Below are positions 1 through 11,853 of a stretch of 64,000 bases of DNA, in pieces. Numbering within the stretch: position 1 is the first letter of the stretch; the number at the start of each line of letters is the position of its first letter. The DNA comes from Fimicolochytrium jonesii (Eukaryota). Made by a program: the position numbers and the translations under genes. The notes beneath the pieces are model-generated. The model ran no database searches and was not told the DNA's origin. It worked only from the letters and a program-made list of their open reading frames with translations. Location: NCBI RefSeq assembly GCF_025526975.1, contig NW_026515697.1:62001-126000 (forward strand). Reading direction: 5' to 3'.

Positions 1-55
1 ACGCATACGCCTGGCATGCACGCCCACCCACTCCTCACTCCTTACTCCTAGAAAC

Positions 56-1533
56 TCAGAGCATCGACTTGAAGTTCTCCCTCGACACCCGCTCCTCCTT
101 GGTCTCCCTCCCCTCCGGCAAAAACACCTCCGGAAAGTCCTCCCCAACCCTCACCCCGGCCACCATCTCCGCGACCGCCTTCCCACTCAAGAACGCCCTC
201 GGCATCCCATGTCCCGAAAACCCCGCCGACACAAACATGCCGGGATTCCGCGGCACAGGCCCCACAAACGGCAACCGGTCCCCGCTGAATCCCATGATCC
301 CCGCCCACTCCATCTCCACCTCCACACCCTGTTTCTTCAACATCGGGAAGCGGTCAGGGATGTAGCTCCGCAGAGCCTTGGATACTTCAGGGTGTAAGTG
401 CGCGTCGTCGCCGTTGCCGACCTCCATGCTGGGTGTCACGAGGTGGCGCATCCCGCCGAGGACGATACGGCCGTCTTCGCGGGTGGAGAGGTACTCGTAG
501 CCGTTGTTGGCTGTGATGCAGAGGTCGAAGGGGGGTGGGGGCGAGAGGGGTTTGGTGACGATGACTTGGTTTTTGACGGGGAGGATGGGGAGTGTGGGGA
601 GGAAGGTAGATGTGTGTGAGTTGGTGCAGACGATGACTTGGCGGGCTTGTAAGGTGTGCCTTTTGGAGGCTGTGATGAGGAAGGTGCCGTCCGGCTGTTT
701 TCGGACTTTTTCGACGAGTTTTTGCGTGCAGATGGTGACTTTTCCGCCGGCATGGCGCTGCTTTGTGTTTTGGGCCAACACTTCCTTGGCGAGGCCTAGC
801 ACCAGTTTGGCTGGCCACACGCGGTACGCCGGCGCCATCCTCACAGCGCCGAGATAAACATCCGTGCCCAGCAACTCCTTCACAGCCCTCGCATCCAACA
901 ACTCAAACCCCTCCCCACACCCCGCCGCCTTCATCTTTCTCACATCCTCGGTCCAGAACTCTTTTTCACCGTCCGTCGCAAACACGTTCAGGCACCCGTC
1001 CTTGAACTTGTGGAAGAAGGGGTCGGGTTGGCCGCCGTGGGCGAGGTAGGTGGTGACGAACTCGGAGAGGGCGTCGGCGTTGAGTTGGTCGAATTTGAGA
1101 AGTTTACGGGTGACGGGGATGCCGAGGGCGGCGGTGGTTGTAGTCCAGGAGTCGTGGAGGCTGTATTGTACATCGCTCGTCAGCGCGGCCGTTTCCTGTA
1201 AATTACAACCTACACTTACCCTGGCACAAGCAACCCGCCGTTCCTTCCCGTAGCCCCTCCGCTGAGCTGTCGGCCCTCAACCACGACGATATGCCATTCG
1301 GGCTTCAGCTGCTGGAGGAATCGGGCGACCGACAACCCGGAGATTCCAGCTGTTCGAAAGTTGAGTGTCAGCCAGAATTCAGAAGTGGCAAACTCGTTTT
1401 TCTCACCCAATCTCCTACCTCCTATGATGGCCACATCGACTGTTTCCGTAGGCAGCGGCGCCGACTCTGGGACCTCCAGGTCACGGAGCCAGTACGATGC
1501 CGTGGGGTTGTCTGGCAAGTGGGAGTTTGTCAT
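56..1533 (-). CDS. FAD-dependent oxidoreductase (DAO/PuuB-like family), 3 exons
   Basis: N-terminal SYW..VDVAIIGG/AGISG dinucleotide-binding motif, GATGRNGG, and C-terminal WAGIMGFS.D.LPFVG / GFSGHGM. Introns ~1350-1418 and ~1161-1219 (GT-AG) join the ORFs in frame. Confidence 0.9.
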
Positions 1534-1873
1534 GCTTTTGACTAACTACTGACTACTATACGAGGGTCTTTGACGACACTTTTGTAAACTGGCGACCTGA
1601 CGAAGTCGGCTCTTTCTCCATCCCCACCTTCCGCAAGGGGGCCCATGTCGGTTTTGCTTTTGTACTTCCGTGGTGGTTGTTCCCTGCAAGAAAAGGGTGT
1701 CTTTGAAATGCAACGGCGGAACCAGAATGCGCGTCGCGTGCATGTCATCTGCAAACACCGTGACGCTTTGGTGGCTTCCCCGCGGTGCCGCCCATCAATC
1801 TCAAACGTACTGTACAGCGCTCCAAGCCGCCGATTCTTACGTTACAATTCCCGCTATGTACGAGACTACGACT

Positions 1874-3074
1874 CTATGGCTCTCTAGTATCTATATCACC
1901 CCGCCGAATTCTGTATTTTGCCCGCACATAGACTCCCAAAAACAACCCATCAGGCACCTCAACCTCGCACATCCGCTGCAGTTGCCTCCATCTCGAAAAT
2001 GTAGCAGGGGTCGCGACGTTGCACATCCGCTGGAGTTCCCACCACTTTGAGATCCGTCCTCGGGCTGGTGGGGCTTCGGACGATACCGCCCTTGGGCTTG
2101 GTCTTGCTCGTAATGGCACCCTCCTCGGTCTCGGTCTCCTCCTAGTCCCAGACCGAAGTCCGCCCAACCGTTCTCGATGGAACTTGCAAAGCGCATGCTC
2201 AAAGAGAATCTCGTCCACCTCCACATCCACAAGATTCTGCCGTTCAGCTTCTTCCTGCACCAACTCGTGGAATCGTTCCAAGTCGTGGGTAGACACGCCT
2301 AGTTTTGCTAGACCGCGGCTGGCGCCGGGATCGAGGGAGATGCCCATGTCGTTGCCTGATGTCCAGCCGTAGTAATAGAAATCGCCTGAACAACAAGTAT
2401 CAGAAGAAATAATGGGCGTTTTCGTCCCAAGGCGATAAAAACATACCAGCAATCAACATAGCCTGCAATTTCCCAATATTCCGACACTTCAACGCACTCC
2501 CATAGATCTGCTCCATTGTCGGCAACGGCATCGACCCATACAGCCCAGGCAGCTCCTCATACACATCCGTAACGACCTCCCTCGCCTGACTGATACTCAG
2601 AACTTGCTGATACGCCACGCTCGTGAACGAGTTTCCCGATTGCTGCCACCGCGCCAACCTGTCCATGATCTCGTCGATGTCCGTTGTTGTGTGCCATAGG
2701 TCGCCTACAACCCTGTATTACATCTCCCAAGTCTGAGGTGGGTATTGCGGCCGGGGAATGGTGAGTGTACCTAACATATCCATAACATCAGCCCGAAAGA
2801 AGACCCTTAGCAGCGCTCCACAGAAGACCAGTGTCTCCTCCGGGAAGTCCATGGCGGTTAATTGGTTGATAATCCGGCATGCTGTTCGCCGTTCCCGGGT
2901 CGACTCCCGACGCCACCAGTATCGGGATTCGCTGCGTGCGTGTGCTCCTGTCTTGTAGTGGTTGTCAAAGGATTTCATGAAGGAGACGAGGCGGTGGGAG
3001 GCGGTTTGGAGGTGGGTTTTGTGGGTGGGTTCGGGAGTGGATGGGGTGGGCTTTCGAGACAATTGGCGGGACAT
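1874..3074 (-). CDS. Putative HhH-fold aGPT-Pplase1 / 5hmdU-DNA-kinase helical-domain-like protein, 3 exons
   Basis: Introns 2705-2770 and 2386-2446 (GT-AG) join three ORF segments in frame. Collinear motifs: ETLVFCGALLRVFFRAD, G.SFTSVAY, TMEQIY..ALKCRNIGKLQAMLIAGDF, LDPGASRGLAKL, ILFEHALCKFHR. The start (ATG 3074) and the C-terminal tail are less certain. Confidence 0.6.
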
Positions 3075-3388
3075 GTCGCAAGAAAGGTCGCCGCGGAACG
3101 GCGGTTCACAAGGGCGAGTTCCGATGTCTTGCTGCTTCTGAGCCTGCTCGTCCAAAGTACGGGAAGGCACGGAGATGTAATGTCGGTCTGAATGCCGCAG
3201 GGAAAGCCGGAGGGGAAATGGTGACGTGAGAAATGACGCGGGCGGTTGAACATTCGAGCATTTGGGCCAGCATTTGAGCACTGGGACTTCCAGATCAACG
3301 TCAACCGTCACCTTGCAAGCGCCTCATACATATCACTCAACCACTCGGCCGGTGTCTCTCTCTCGACCAAGTTCATCCCCCGCCAGCA

Positions 3389-4964
3389 ATGACCCGACCC
3401 CTCCTCCGGCTTCGGCCGGCGCCGTCATTCCAACCCCGGATGGCAGTCATCCGGCTGTCGGCCAGAAGACACTTCTGCACAACGCCAGCCAGGTTAGACC
3501 TAAGCAAAGGCGCAGACGACGTACGGCGGAAAGCGCTGGATTCCGATGACTGGAAGGCTCCGAAGGGGACGATTGTTCTTTGTCACGGTACGGGTACTTT
3601 TTCAACGTGTGTTCGTCCTATCCGTCCATCCCAACTCATCTTGCCGCGTTTGTTTGAACCTGCTAGGTCTCCTAGGCTTCGATGTTATGGGTATGTGCAC
3701 ACCCCTTCCCCCCCACGTTACCAACCTCCACACCATAGCTCACCCTCCCCCCTCCCCCCCGCCAGCGCAGGCCCCCCCTTCGCCCGTCTCCACTACTGGC
3801 GCGGCGTGAAAGAAGCCCTCAACGCTATCGGGTGCAACGTCATCATCACAAAAGTCCCCCGGGCGGCGGACGTTACGGTGCGAGCGCAGGTGTTGAAGGA
3901 GACGCTGGATAGTAAAGTTCCGGAGGGGGATGCGGTTAACCTTGTTGCGCATTCTATGGTGAGGGGGAGTGTGGGTGGGGGTGGGGGAACGGGGATTGGG
4001 GCTGATTTGGAGGTGTCTTTCTAGGGTGGGTTGGATTGTAGGTATATGATAAGTCATTTGATGAAGGGGGAGGAGGAGCCGAAGTATCGCGTTAAGGTAT
4101 GTTTACATGCACTGCGAATTCCAATTCCTTTGCAGTCAATTCAATTCTCTCGGTGTTTCAGAGCCTCACGACGATAGGCACACCACATCGCGGGTCATCC
4201 ATCGCATCACTACCATTCATATCCACGTAAGTCTTCTTTCGACCTTGATACGTGGGATGCACAAACGCTTACCCATACGACTCCCCACACAGCCTATTAG
4301 CACCCATCATTGAAAACCTGCACCGTTCAACATCCCTCGACGTCCGCGCCTTCTCAGACCTGACTCCCAAATACCTCAACGAACAATTCAACCCAACCAC
4401 CCCGGACAACCCGGACATTGCGTATTTCAGTTACGGAGCGGACGGGACAGAAAGCATATACGAAAAACCGTTCGTGTACCCGTTGCGGTACACGTTTGAG
4501 TATCTGATGGTTACGGAGGGCGTGAATGATGGGTTGGTTAGCGTGGAGTCGTCGAAGTGGGGGGAGTATATACGGACGCTGAAGGTGAGGGGAACAAAAG
4601 GAGTTGGGGCTTTCGCATTGGGGTGAGGCCTGTAAGGGTGCTCAATCCGCGGTACACGATTGCTTCCCCCCCTCTTCAGGCCGACCACGTCGATGTGATC
4701 AATCTCTGGAACGCGTGGCAGTGGGACTCGGTGGTCAAAAAGCTTGGAGCCGCCAAAGCAGCCCAAGATAACATCCAAGCCCTTCAACCGGACGGGGTGG
4801 CGCGTACGATCGCGGGAGGTGCCGTCCAACGGGCGGAAGAGAAAGCGGAGCAGAAAGTGGAAGAGAAGAAGGAGGACTTGAAAAAGGTGATGGTGGAGAA
4901 GCAGTTCAATGCGATTGAGCTGTATTTGGAGGTTGCTACTACGTTGGCGAGGAAGGGGTTTTGA
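3389..4964 (+). CDS. Alpha/beta-hydrolase triacylglycerol lipase (TGL2/lipase 2-like), multi-exon, probable mitochondrial presequence
   Basis: IVLCHG/LLGF, YWRGVKEAL, VNLVAHSM|GGLDCR nucleophile elbow split by an intron, TIGTPHRGS, NDGLVSVESSKWG, ADHVDVIN; Arg-rich N-terminus. Confidence 0.88.
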
Positions 4965-5589
4965 TTTTGGGATGGACGGTGGGGGGGTAGATCTAGATGT
5001 TAGGGCGGGGGGGAGGATTATGGCATATTGACGGCGTAGGGTTTTTTGCTTCTTAATGCATGAGAGTATCTGTCTGCCCCTTGCACTACGAATAGCCGGG
5101 ATATACGGTAAAACGTGCGTGGAAGGGCGAGGGCGGAACAGCCATGCGTCGGATACCGCATCATCACTTAGTGGGGGGTAGTTGACCGCTCCGGAGGCAG
5201 CTCGAATGAGAGTGGGGGCGGGCGGAGGCGGGTTCTCCGGATGTATGTATACGTACGGCGTCCAAAGGGTACCGCGGGCCGCATGAATTCGACCGAATGA
5301 AGTTGTCGCGTGACACCCACCCAAACACCCCCAAAGTGACCGAGCTCAGTGAGCTGCTTGCTTGCTTGCTTGAAGGACGGGCTGAAGGAAGGAAGGGCCT
5401 GCGAACAAGCGCTTCAAAAAGGACCCGCACAGCCCTCGCTCGCTGCCCGCCCAGCCTTCTCACAGACAGGCCCCCTCTCAGGTCGCCTGCTGCCCTCCTG
5501 CCACCGCAGCACAACACTCACTGCAACACCCTTCCCCCATCTACTCTCCTCCGCCTTCCTTCGCACCCCCTCTCAACAACTCCCCAACA

Positions 5590-7519
5590 ATGACAATCTA
5601 CGAATCCCCCTTCCCCGCCATCCCCATCCCCGTAACAGACACCTACACCTACCTCTTTGGCCGGGACGACGCCTACAACCCCTCGCAAGAAGGAAACGAC
5701 GCCGTGGTCCTCATCGACAGCGTCACCGGCGCGACGCTTACCTTTGATGCATTGAGGAGCGCTGTGAGGGCGCTGGCCGGTGGCCTGTTGGGGAATGTCC
5801 GCGTGAAGAAGGGGGATGTGGTGGCGGTTTTTGCCCCGAATGATATGGATTATTCGGTCGCTGTTTTTGGGACGATTAGGGCTGGTACGTGTGAGCGACG
5901 AGTGGAGAATTCGAGCGATGGCGAGGAGAAGGCGAGCGTCAGCGAGCCCCAACTGGGCCGTAGCCCCAGGAATATTTGAGGCGCGAGCCATGCGAGACGT
6001 GAGCGAAGCGAGCACCACATTGCGCCAAAGGCGCAAGATTCCCCTCACCCACGTGTTTATTGATTGATGGTTGATGAGGTTGATGGGGTTGATGGAGGTT
6101 GATGCGTAGAAACAAAAGTTGAGACTCTTACTCCTTGTAGGATGCGCTGTGACACTCATCAACCCGTCGTACACTGCCGATGAGGTGGCATACCAACTCA
6201 AGGATTCTGGGGCCGTCGCACTGATTACAATTGCTAGTCATGTCCCTATCGCGTTGGAAGCCGCAAAGAAGGTCAACATTCCTCAGTCGCGAGTCTTCAC
6301 ACTCGGTGTGGAAAAGAGCTCTCAACTCAAAAGCATTCGCGACATCTCTACCACCGACTACAAACTGCCCTCTCAACTGCTGACCGACGAGGAAGTTCGT
6401 ACCACACCCGCTTACCTTTGCTACAGTTCCGGAACATCTGGTCGCAGCAAGGGGGTGCAAACGACGCACTATAATATGGTCGCCAATGTCGCGCAGATCA
6501 CTTCCGTTTCCTCCGACCTGGCCTACGTCATTCCGAACGAGCACAACGCCTGGACGGGTGTGCTGCCCTTCTACCACATCTACGGCCTGAACCTATCTCT
6601 CCACACAGCCCTCAGCCTCCGCATTCCCGTAGTAGTCTTTGCCAAATTCGACCTCCTCGAATTCCTCAGCGCCCTCCAAAAATACAAAGTCACCATGGCC
6701 CACATCGTCCCCCCCATTATGATTGGCCTCGCAAAACACCCCGCCGTCGCAAAATTTGACATCACCAGCCTCCGCTTCCTCATGTCCGGCGCCGCCCCGC
6801 TCGACGCCGAGACCTGCGTCGCCGTCACCCACCGCCTCAAAGGCCGCACCGCCGTCCTCCAAGGCTACGGCATGACCGAAATGTCCCCGGTGAGCCACAT
6901 CACAGCCGACCCAAGCTGCCCGCCCGGCTCAACCGGCTCCCTCCTCCCTAACGCCCAAGCCCGCCTCGTCGACCCAGACACCAAAAAGGACGTTGCGACG
7001 GGCGAACCGGGCGAACTGTGGATCCGCGGGCCGATGGTCATGAAAGGTTACCACAACAACGCTGAAGCAACAGCCGAGACGATCGACGCAGACGGCTGGT
7101 TACACACAGGCGACATAGCCCAAGTCGACGCCAAAGGATTCTTCTACATCGTCGATCGTCTCAAAGAACTCATCAAATACAAAGGCTTCCAAGTCCCCCC
7201 CGCCGAACTGGAGGGTTACCTCCTCGCCCACCCCGACGTGGCCGACGCGGCAGTCATCGGTCGCCCCTCGTTGGAAGCCGGCGAGATCCCGCGCGCGTAC
7301 ATTGTGCTGAAGGAGGGTCATAAGGGCGTCACGGAAGCGGATATTGTGGGGTACATTGAGAAGAAGGTGGCGCAGCATAAGCGGTTGAGGGGCGGGGTGG
7401 AGTTTATTGACGCGATTCCGAAGGCGGCGAGTGGGAAGATTTTGAGGAGGGTGTTGAGGGAGATGGACAAGGAGAAGGTGGCCAGGGAGGCTGCGGCCGC
7501 GACGAAGGCTAAGCTATGA
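5590..7519 (+). CDS. 4-coumarate-CoA-ligase-like acyl-CoA synthetase (AMP-binding), peroxisomal
   Basis: YSSGTSGRSKGV, QGYGMTE, GWLHTGD, DRLKELIKYKGFQVPPAELE, PKAASGKILRR; C-terminal AKL (PTS1). One 256-nt intron at 5885-6140. Confidence 0.95.
5932..6105 (+). repeat. Intronic dispersed repeat, copy 1 (GAGC-rich tract, hairpin TTGCGCC-AAA-GGCGCAA, (GGTTGAT)n tail)
   Basis: 6001-6034 is the exact reverse complement of 48805-48838; hairpin at 6020-6036; GTTGATG repeats at ~6060-6105. Confidence 0.85.
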
Positions 7520-7753
7520 TTGTTACCCGGCCGGCTTTCGTGGTAATCCTTGTAGGTGCGACATGTCCCATTTGATACTCCCGACGTTAGTCAGATGGCG
7601 TAGAACGATGGTTCCCGTTCCCACACCGCTAGTTTTACAGAACGCTTAGTCTCATAGAAACTGTTTTTGAAATGTACATAAATGCAATGCCAATCATCCT
7701 GATTCTGACAACATCCTACGCCTTTGCAATGCTAACATACTTCCTCAAACCCC

Positions 7754-10700
7754 CTACTTCGCAACCGAAGCCACAAACTTGAACTTCTCCAGCCCTACCT
7801 TACCCGGCGGAGCCTCCACCGGCTCACCACCCTCCCCATTCTCCTTATCCCCCACCCCCTCATCCTCAACCTCCATCGTCACAGCCACAGGCTCGTCCAT
7901 AACCACCAGCGTAGGCTCCAAATCCTCGTCCTCAGGGTCCGTCCGCGTCTTCTTCACCGCCTGCTCCGTCTCCCCGTCCCCGCCGCCCTCCACCGTCTCA
8001 GAACCCGATCCCGCTTCCTTCGTCGCCCCACCTTCACCACCACCCCCCCTCTTCAACGACCCCAACAACGTCATCTGGTTATGTTTCCTCTTCACGCCGC
8101 CCGCCACCTCCGCTTTCCCATTCACACCCTCGGCCCCGGCCGCCGCCGCCGCCGCCGTCGTCGTAACCTCCCGCAACGCCTCAAACAGGTTCCTGGCGTT
8201 ATGATGGCCTGCCCTGATCGGGCTCGCACGGCCGGCGACGCGGGCGGGGCTCCCAGCTGCCGCCTCGGCTGCTGTATCGGCCACCGCGAACGGGTTCCGC
8301 ACCCTCGGCGCCGCTTTCGGTTTAGCGCGGCGTTGCTGCTGCTCCTGTTGGTGGTCGCGCAAAGGGTGGGGGTCCGGTCCCGGTCCGTCGTGGCGTGTGG
8401 GCCCGATGGGGTCGACGTCGGAGGAGTCAGCCCGGGTCGGTCTGCTGCTCCGATCGCCACCGCCGGAAGTCGTCCGTGTCCGTCCCGTGGGACGCGGCTG
8501 CTCCACTACCGCCCCACCACCACCGCCGCCGCCGCCGTATGACCGTAGTTCCTCCTTCTCCTGCTTCTCGCGCAACCGGCCCTCTTTGATCAGATTCATC
8601 CGCTCCGCGAGGCCCGGGAGGTGGTTCATGACCGCGATCTTGATCGCGCCGTCGATGGCTTTGATGGTCTGGAGGGTGGAGCAGAGGTCGAGGGCGCGTT
8701 GCACTTTTTCGGATTTGCAGGATGCCTGTATGCCGGGGGAGATGGAAAAGGGGGGTGAGTGGAGGGTGAAACCCATGAACGTCCAAATCTCCGATTGCGG
8801 AAGGAAAAACACTTACGAGAATAAGCTGCACAAGCACTTTATCAATCTCCACATCCCGCTTCAGCATCTCCCGTTCGCGACTTTCCGCCTCGCCCGCCGC
8901 GAGGGCTTCCCCGCGGTGATGTGCCGCCATGAGGCTTTCGCGGAAGATCCTGGGCAAAAAATTCACAGAGTGATGTTTTCGTTTCAGCTTCCCGAATCGG
9001 GGGGATGCGAATGGGATTCCGTTTCGCAACGCGCCTTTGTTGCAAACTTACTTCTCTTCCTGAACACCGGTATTCGGCGCCTCCATCTCCAAGAACGGCG
9101 CCTGCAGCGGCACGTCGCTCATCAGGGGCCGCGGGAAGCCCGGGAACTTGTCTCCAGCCTACACCGAACAAAATTCTCAGTAACCAGAAAATCCACCCTC
9201 AAACCCCTCATTTCAAAGGAACGTTTACCTTAAGCGTAACACACATCAACTTATCCTCCAACACCTCCACAGGCCAATACCACTCCTGTTTCTCCCCCCG
9301 CAGGATCCGCGAGTCCAGCACGGGCACCCATGCGTAGTCAGAGTGCTGGAAGAGGGCGCGGAGGACGCCGGAGGAGTCGTAGGTTACTGGGATCTGACAA
9401 AAGAACATTTTTGTCAGTGTTTGGCTTTAAGAAAGAGGAAGTAGTGATGGACGGACTGACCCCGAGTTCGGAAATAGACGCCCAGATCAAGGTCGTGCCG
9501 GATGATAGCGGCAACGGCGCCCGTTGTATTGTTGTTCGCGAGCTGACGTCGTAGAGCATGTAGGCTAGATTTTGATCACCTGTAAGAGGGGATCGTGGGG
9601 TATGAGCCTGGCTAACGACGCACAAAAATCATTCCCCAAGGTAGGGTTTTTGCGCACGTACTGTGATAAGCGGCTCCCGCATGGTACACAATCATCAGCC
9701 GCTCGCCCTGTGCCGCCAACGTGACGATCCTCCCAGGGATGGACACGACGTTGGTCTGCAGACCGCTGTACGAGAAGAAGCGGAGGTACTTTGTGCTGGT
9801 GGCCACGACCGGTCCTTTGCCCGTGATCGCGACCGCTGATCCCCCCCAAAACAACCAAGAACGTGTATGAGAACCCCCCATTCCCACACACCCTTACCAA
9901 CCCCCCCAACCGTATCACACCCCCACTCACCTTCAACACTTTCCGTCTCCCCCAAATGCACCGTCCAATCCGCCTTCGTAGCCCACGTATCCAACGGTCG
10001 GAAAAAAACCGTGCTTCTATTCGTGGCCGTCGCCTCGCTCGCAAAACAGGCTCCAGAGGCCGCCAGCGCCGCCATGCTGTAGCTATGATAATCCGTGAAA
10101 TGGAACGGGCGGACCGCGCGGTCATGGAACTCGACGTTGACGTTGTGGTGCGTCGAGGCGTCGATGGTGTAGATTACGCCAACCATGTTGAAGGCGAGGT
10201 AGCGCCGGTCTTTCTGGGTGGGTGTTGCGCCGGGTTGGAAAGGTTCTTGCTCGTCTGTGGTGGTGATGTCGAAGTTGCGGGATCCGTACTCCCTGTGTAG
10301 GTCTTGGATGACCTTTTGTCGCCCTTTCTCGTGGTATCGACGCAACTGGCCCGGCTTGTCTAAAGGGTCGGCATAGCCCGCGCCATCATCATCTTCGACG
10401 AAATCGTCCGCGTTCTCCGCGTCGCCAGCTTCATCGTCGTCCTCCAGGTCCGCTAAGAGTTCGGCGTTGTAGTCTGCAAGATCAGGTAGGGGTGCGTTTG
10501 GGCCCGGTGTCTTGGCAGGGCGGTCTACGTCCATTGGGTGAGCTTCTTCGGCGAAGAGACTTTCGAGTTGGCGCTTGTCTTGCTCGGAGGCGGGGACTGC
10601 TGATGGCCAGTAGAACAATCGGCCAAGCTCGTCTGTTAAACATAGGTCGTGCGCCTTGGGGTTCCAGGAGACGCCCGTGACCCGTGCTTTCCCCTGATCG

Positions 10701-11853
10701 CTGGATGTTCGGTGCTGAGGGTGAGAAAAAACGACTGAAGAAAAGGCCGGTGGCTAACATACTCCCGTCGGCACATCCTCCTTACCTGACAAGCGGCACC
10801 TTCCGATCCCCATCGCTCCTCCAAATACACACCCTCCCCTTGACATTCACCGACACCAAATAACTCCCACTCCCAGACCACGCTACACCCGCCACACAAT
10901 CACTCCTATTCTCCTCCTTAAAACTATACAAATGCCTCCACGTCCCCGCCTCCACAACCGCAATCTCGCCCCCCTTCCCCGGAACCGCAAACCGGTTCCC
11001 AGAACTTTGCCACGCAATCCTACACAACTCATTCGTCTCCGGATCCGACTCCGCGATCAGATTCCGCAACGTCCGCTCAAGCCTCGGCTTCTCACCACGC
11101 ATATCCCATACCATCAGCTCCCCGTCCGACCCCGCCGAGACGAGGAACTCCCCCTTTGGATCCCACGCGAGGGATTTGAGCCCGCGTTTGTGGCCTTTGA
11201 TTGTGACGACGTGTGTGATTTCGTCAATGTCGACGACGCGGATGTCGAGCTCGTCGGAGGCGATGGCGATCTGGCGGGATTTGCGCGGGCCGTGTTGGCC
11301 GGGTCGGAGGGCGACGTCGCGCACGGTGAGGGTAGTGCGGAAGAGGAGTTTGAGGTGTCGGGCGGTGTCGTTTTGAAGGTCGTACAGGTGCACGGACTGG
11401 TCTTCTGAGCCTGTGGCGCCGAGGTTGCCCTGAAGGTGCCGAAAGCTCAGCGGGCGTCGTTCAATATAAGTGGAGGGGCAGAAGGAGTACGTACTAGCAC
11501 GTCCAGACATGTCAAAGCTCCCGAGTGCTCCGTAATTTCAATCGCTGCATCGTCGTCGTCGCCGTCGTCCCCGTCTCGGACGGACGTGGTGGGCACGATA
11601 CGGAGGTTGGCGTCGTCTCCGATAGTTAGGATTTTGCTAGGAGGCGAATACAGTAAACGGTGTGAGGCAAAATGAGAGCTGCACTCTCTCCCTGCGTTAC
11701 CGCCTGAATCGGTTTCCTTATTCCTCGTGGCTTCTTCGGACGGGCATGCTCCTCTTACCTTCCGTCTGCGGAGAACGCGACGTCTGTGAATCCCCGCCCG
11801 TGAGCGACATGGGGCCTCAACCTCTGCAGTTGCGAGTGCGGTGCAGCAGACAT
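7754..11853 (-). CDS. CTF4: Ctf4/Mcl1/WDHD1 (AND-1) replisome WD40 + SepB-domain protein, multi-exon
   Basis: N-terminal WD40 repeats (GHKRGLKSLAWDPKGEFLVSAGSDG), then the SepB/Mcl1_mid signature PFQPGATP..RRYLAFNMVGVI, FHFTDY, helical RALDLCSTL region and a low-complexity tail. Confidence 0.9.

Noticed and set aside
1196..1219. Apparent 24-nt ultra-short intron in the oxidoreductase (a similar candidate lies at ~50443-50464 in the PPR gene)
   Set aside because: Longer alternatives (1161-1219; 50336-50464) keep the reading frame and fit the usual intron sizes.
2718..2720. In-frame TAA suggesting a pseudogene or stop readthrough
   Set aside because: It lies inside a canonical 66-nt GT-AG intron (2705-2770).
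5590..7519. 4CL-like ligase plus lipase and oxidoreductase as a secondary-metabolite cluster
   Set aside because: No PKS, NRPS or terpene backbone gene; the predicted compartments differ (peroxisome vs mitochondrion); the neighbours are housekeeping genes.
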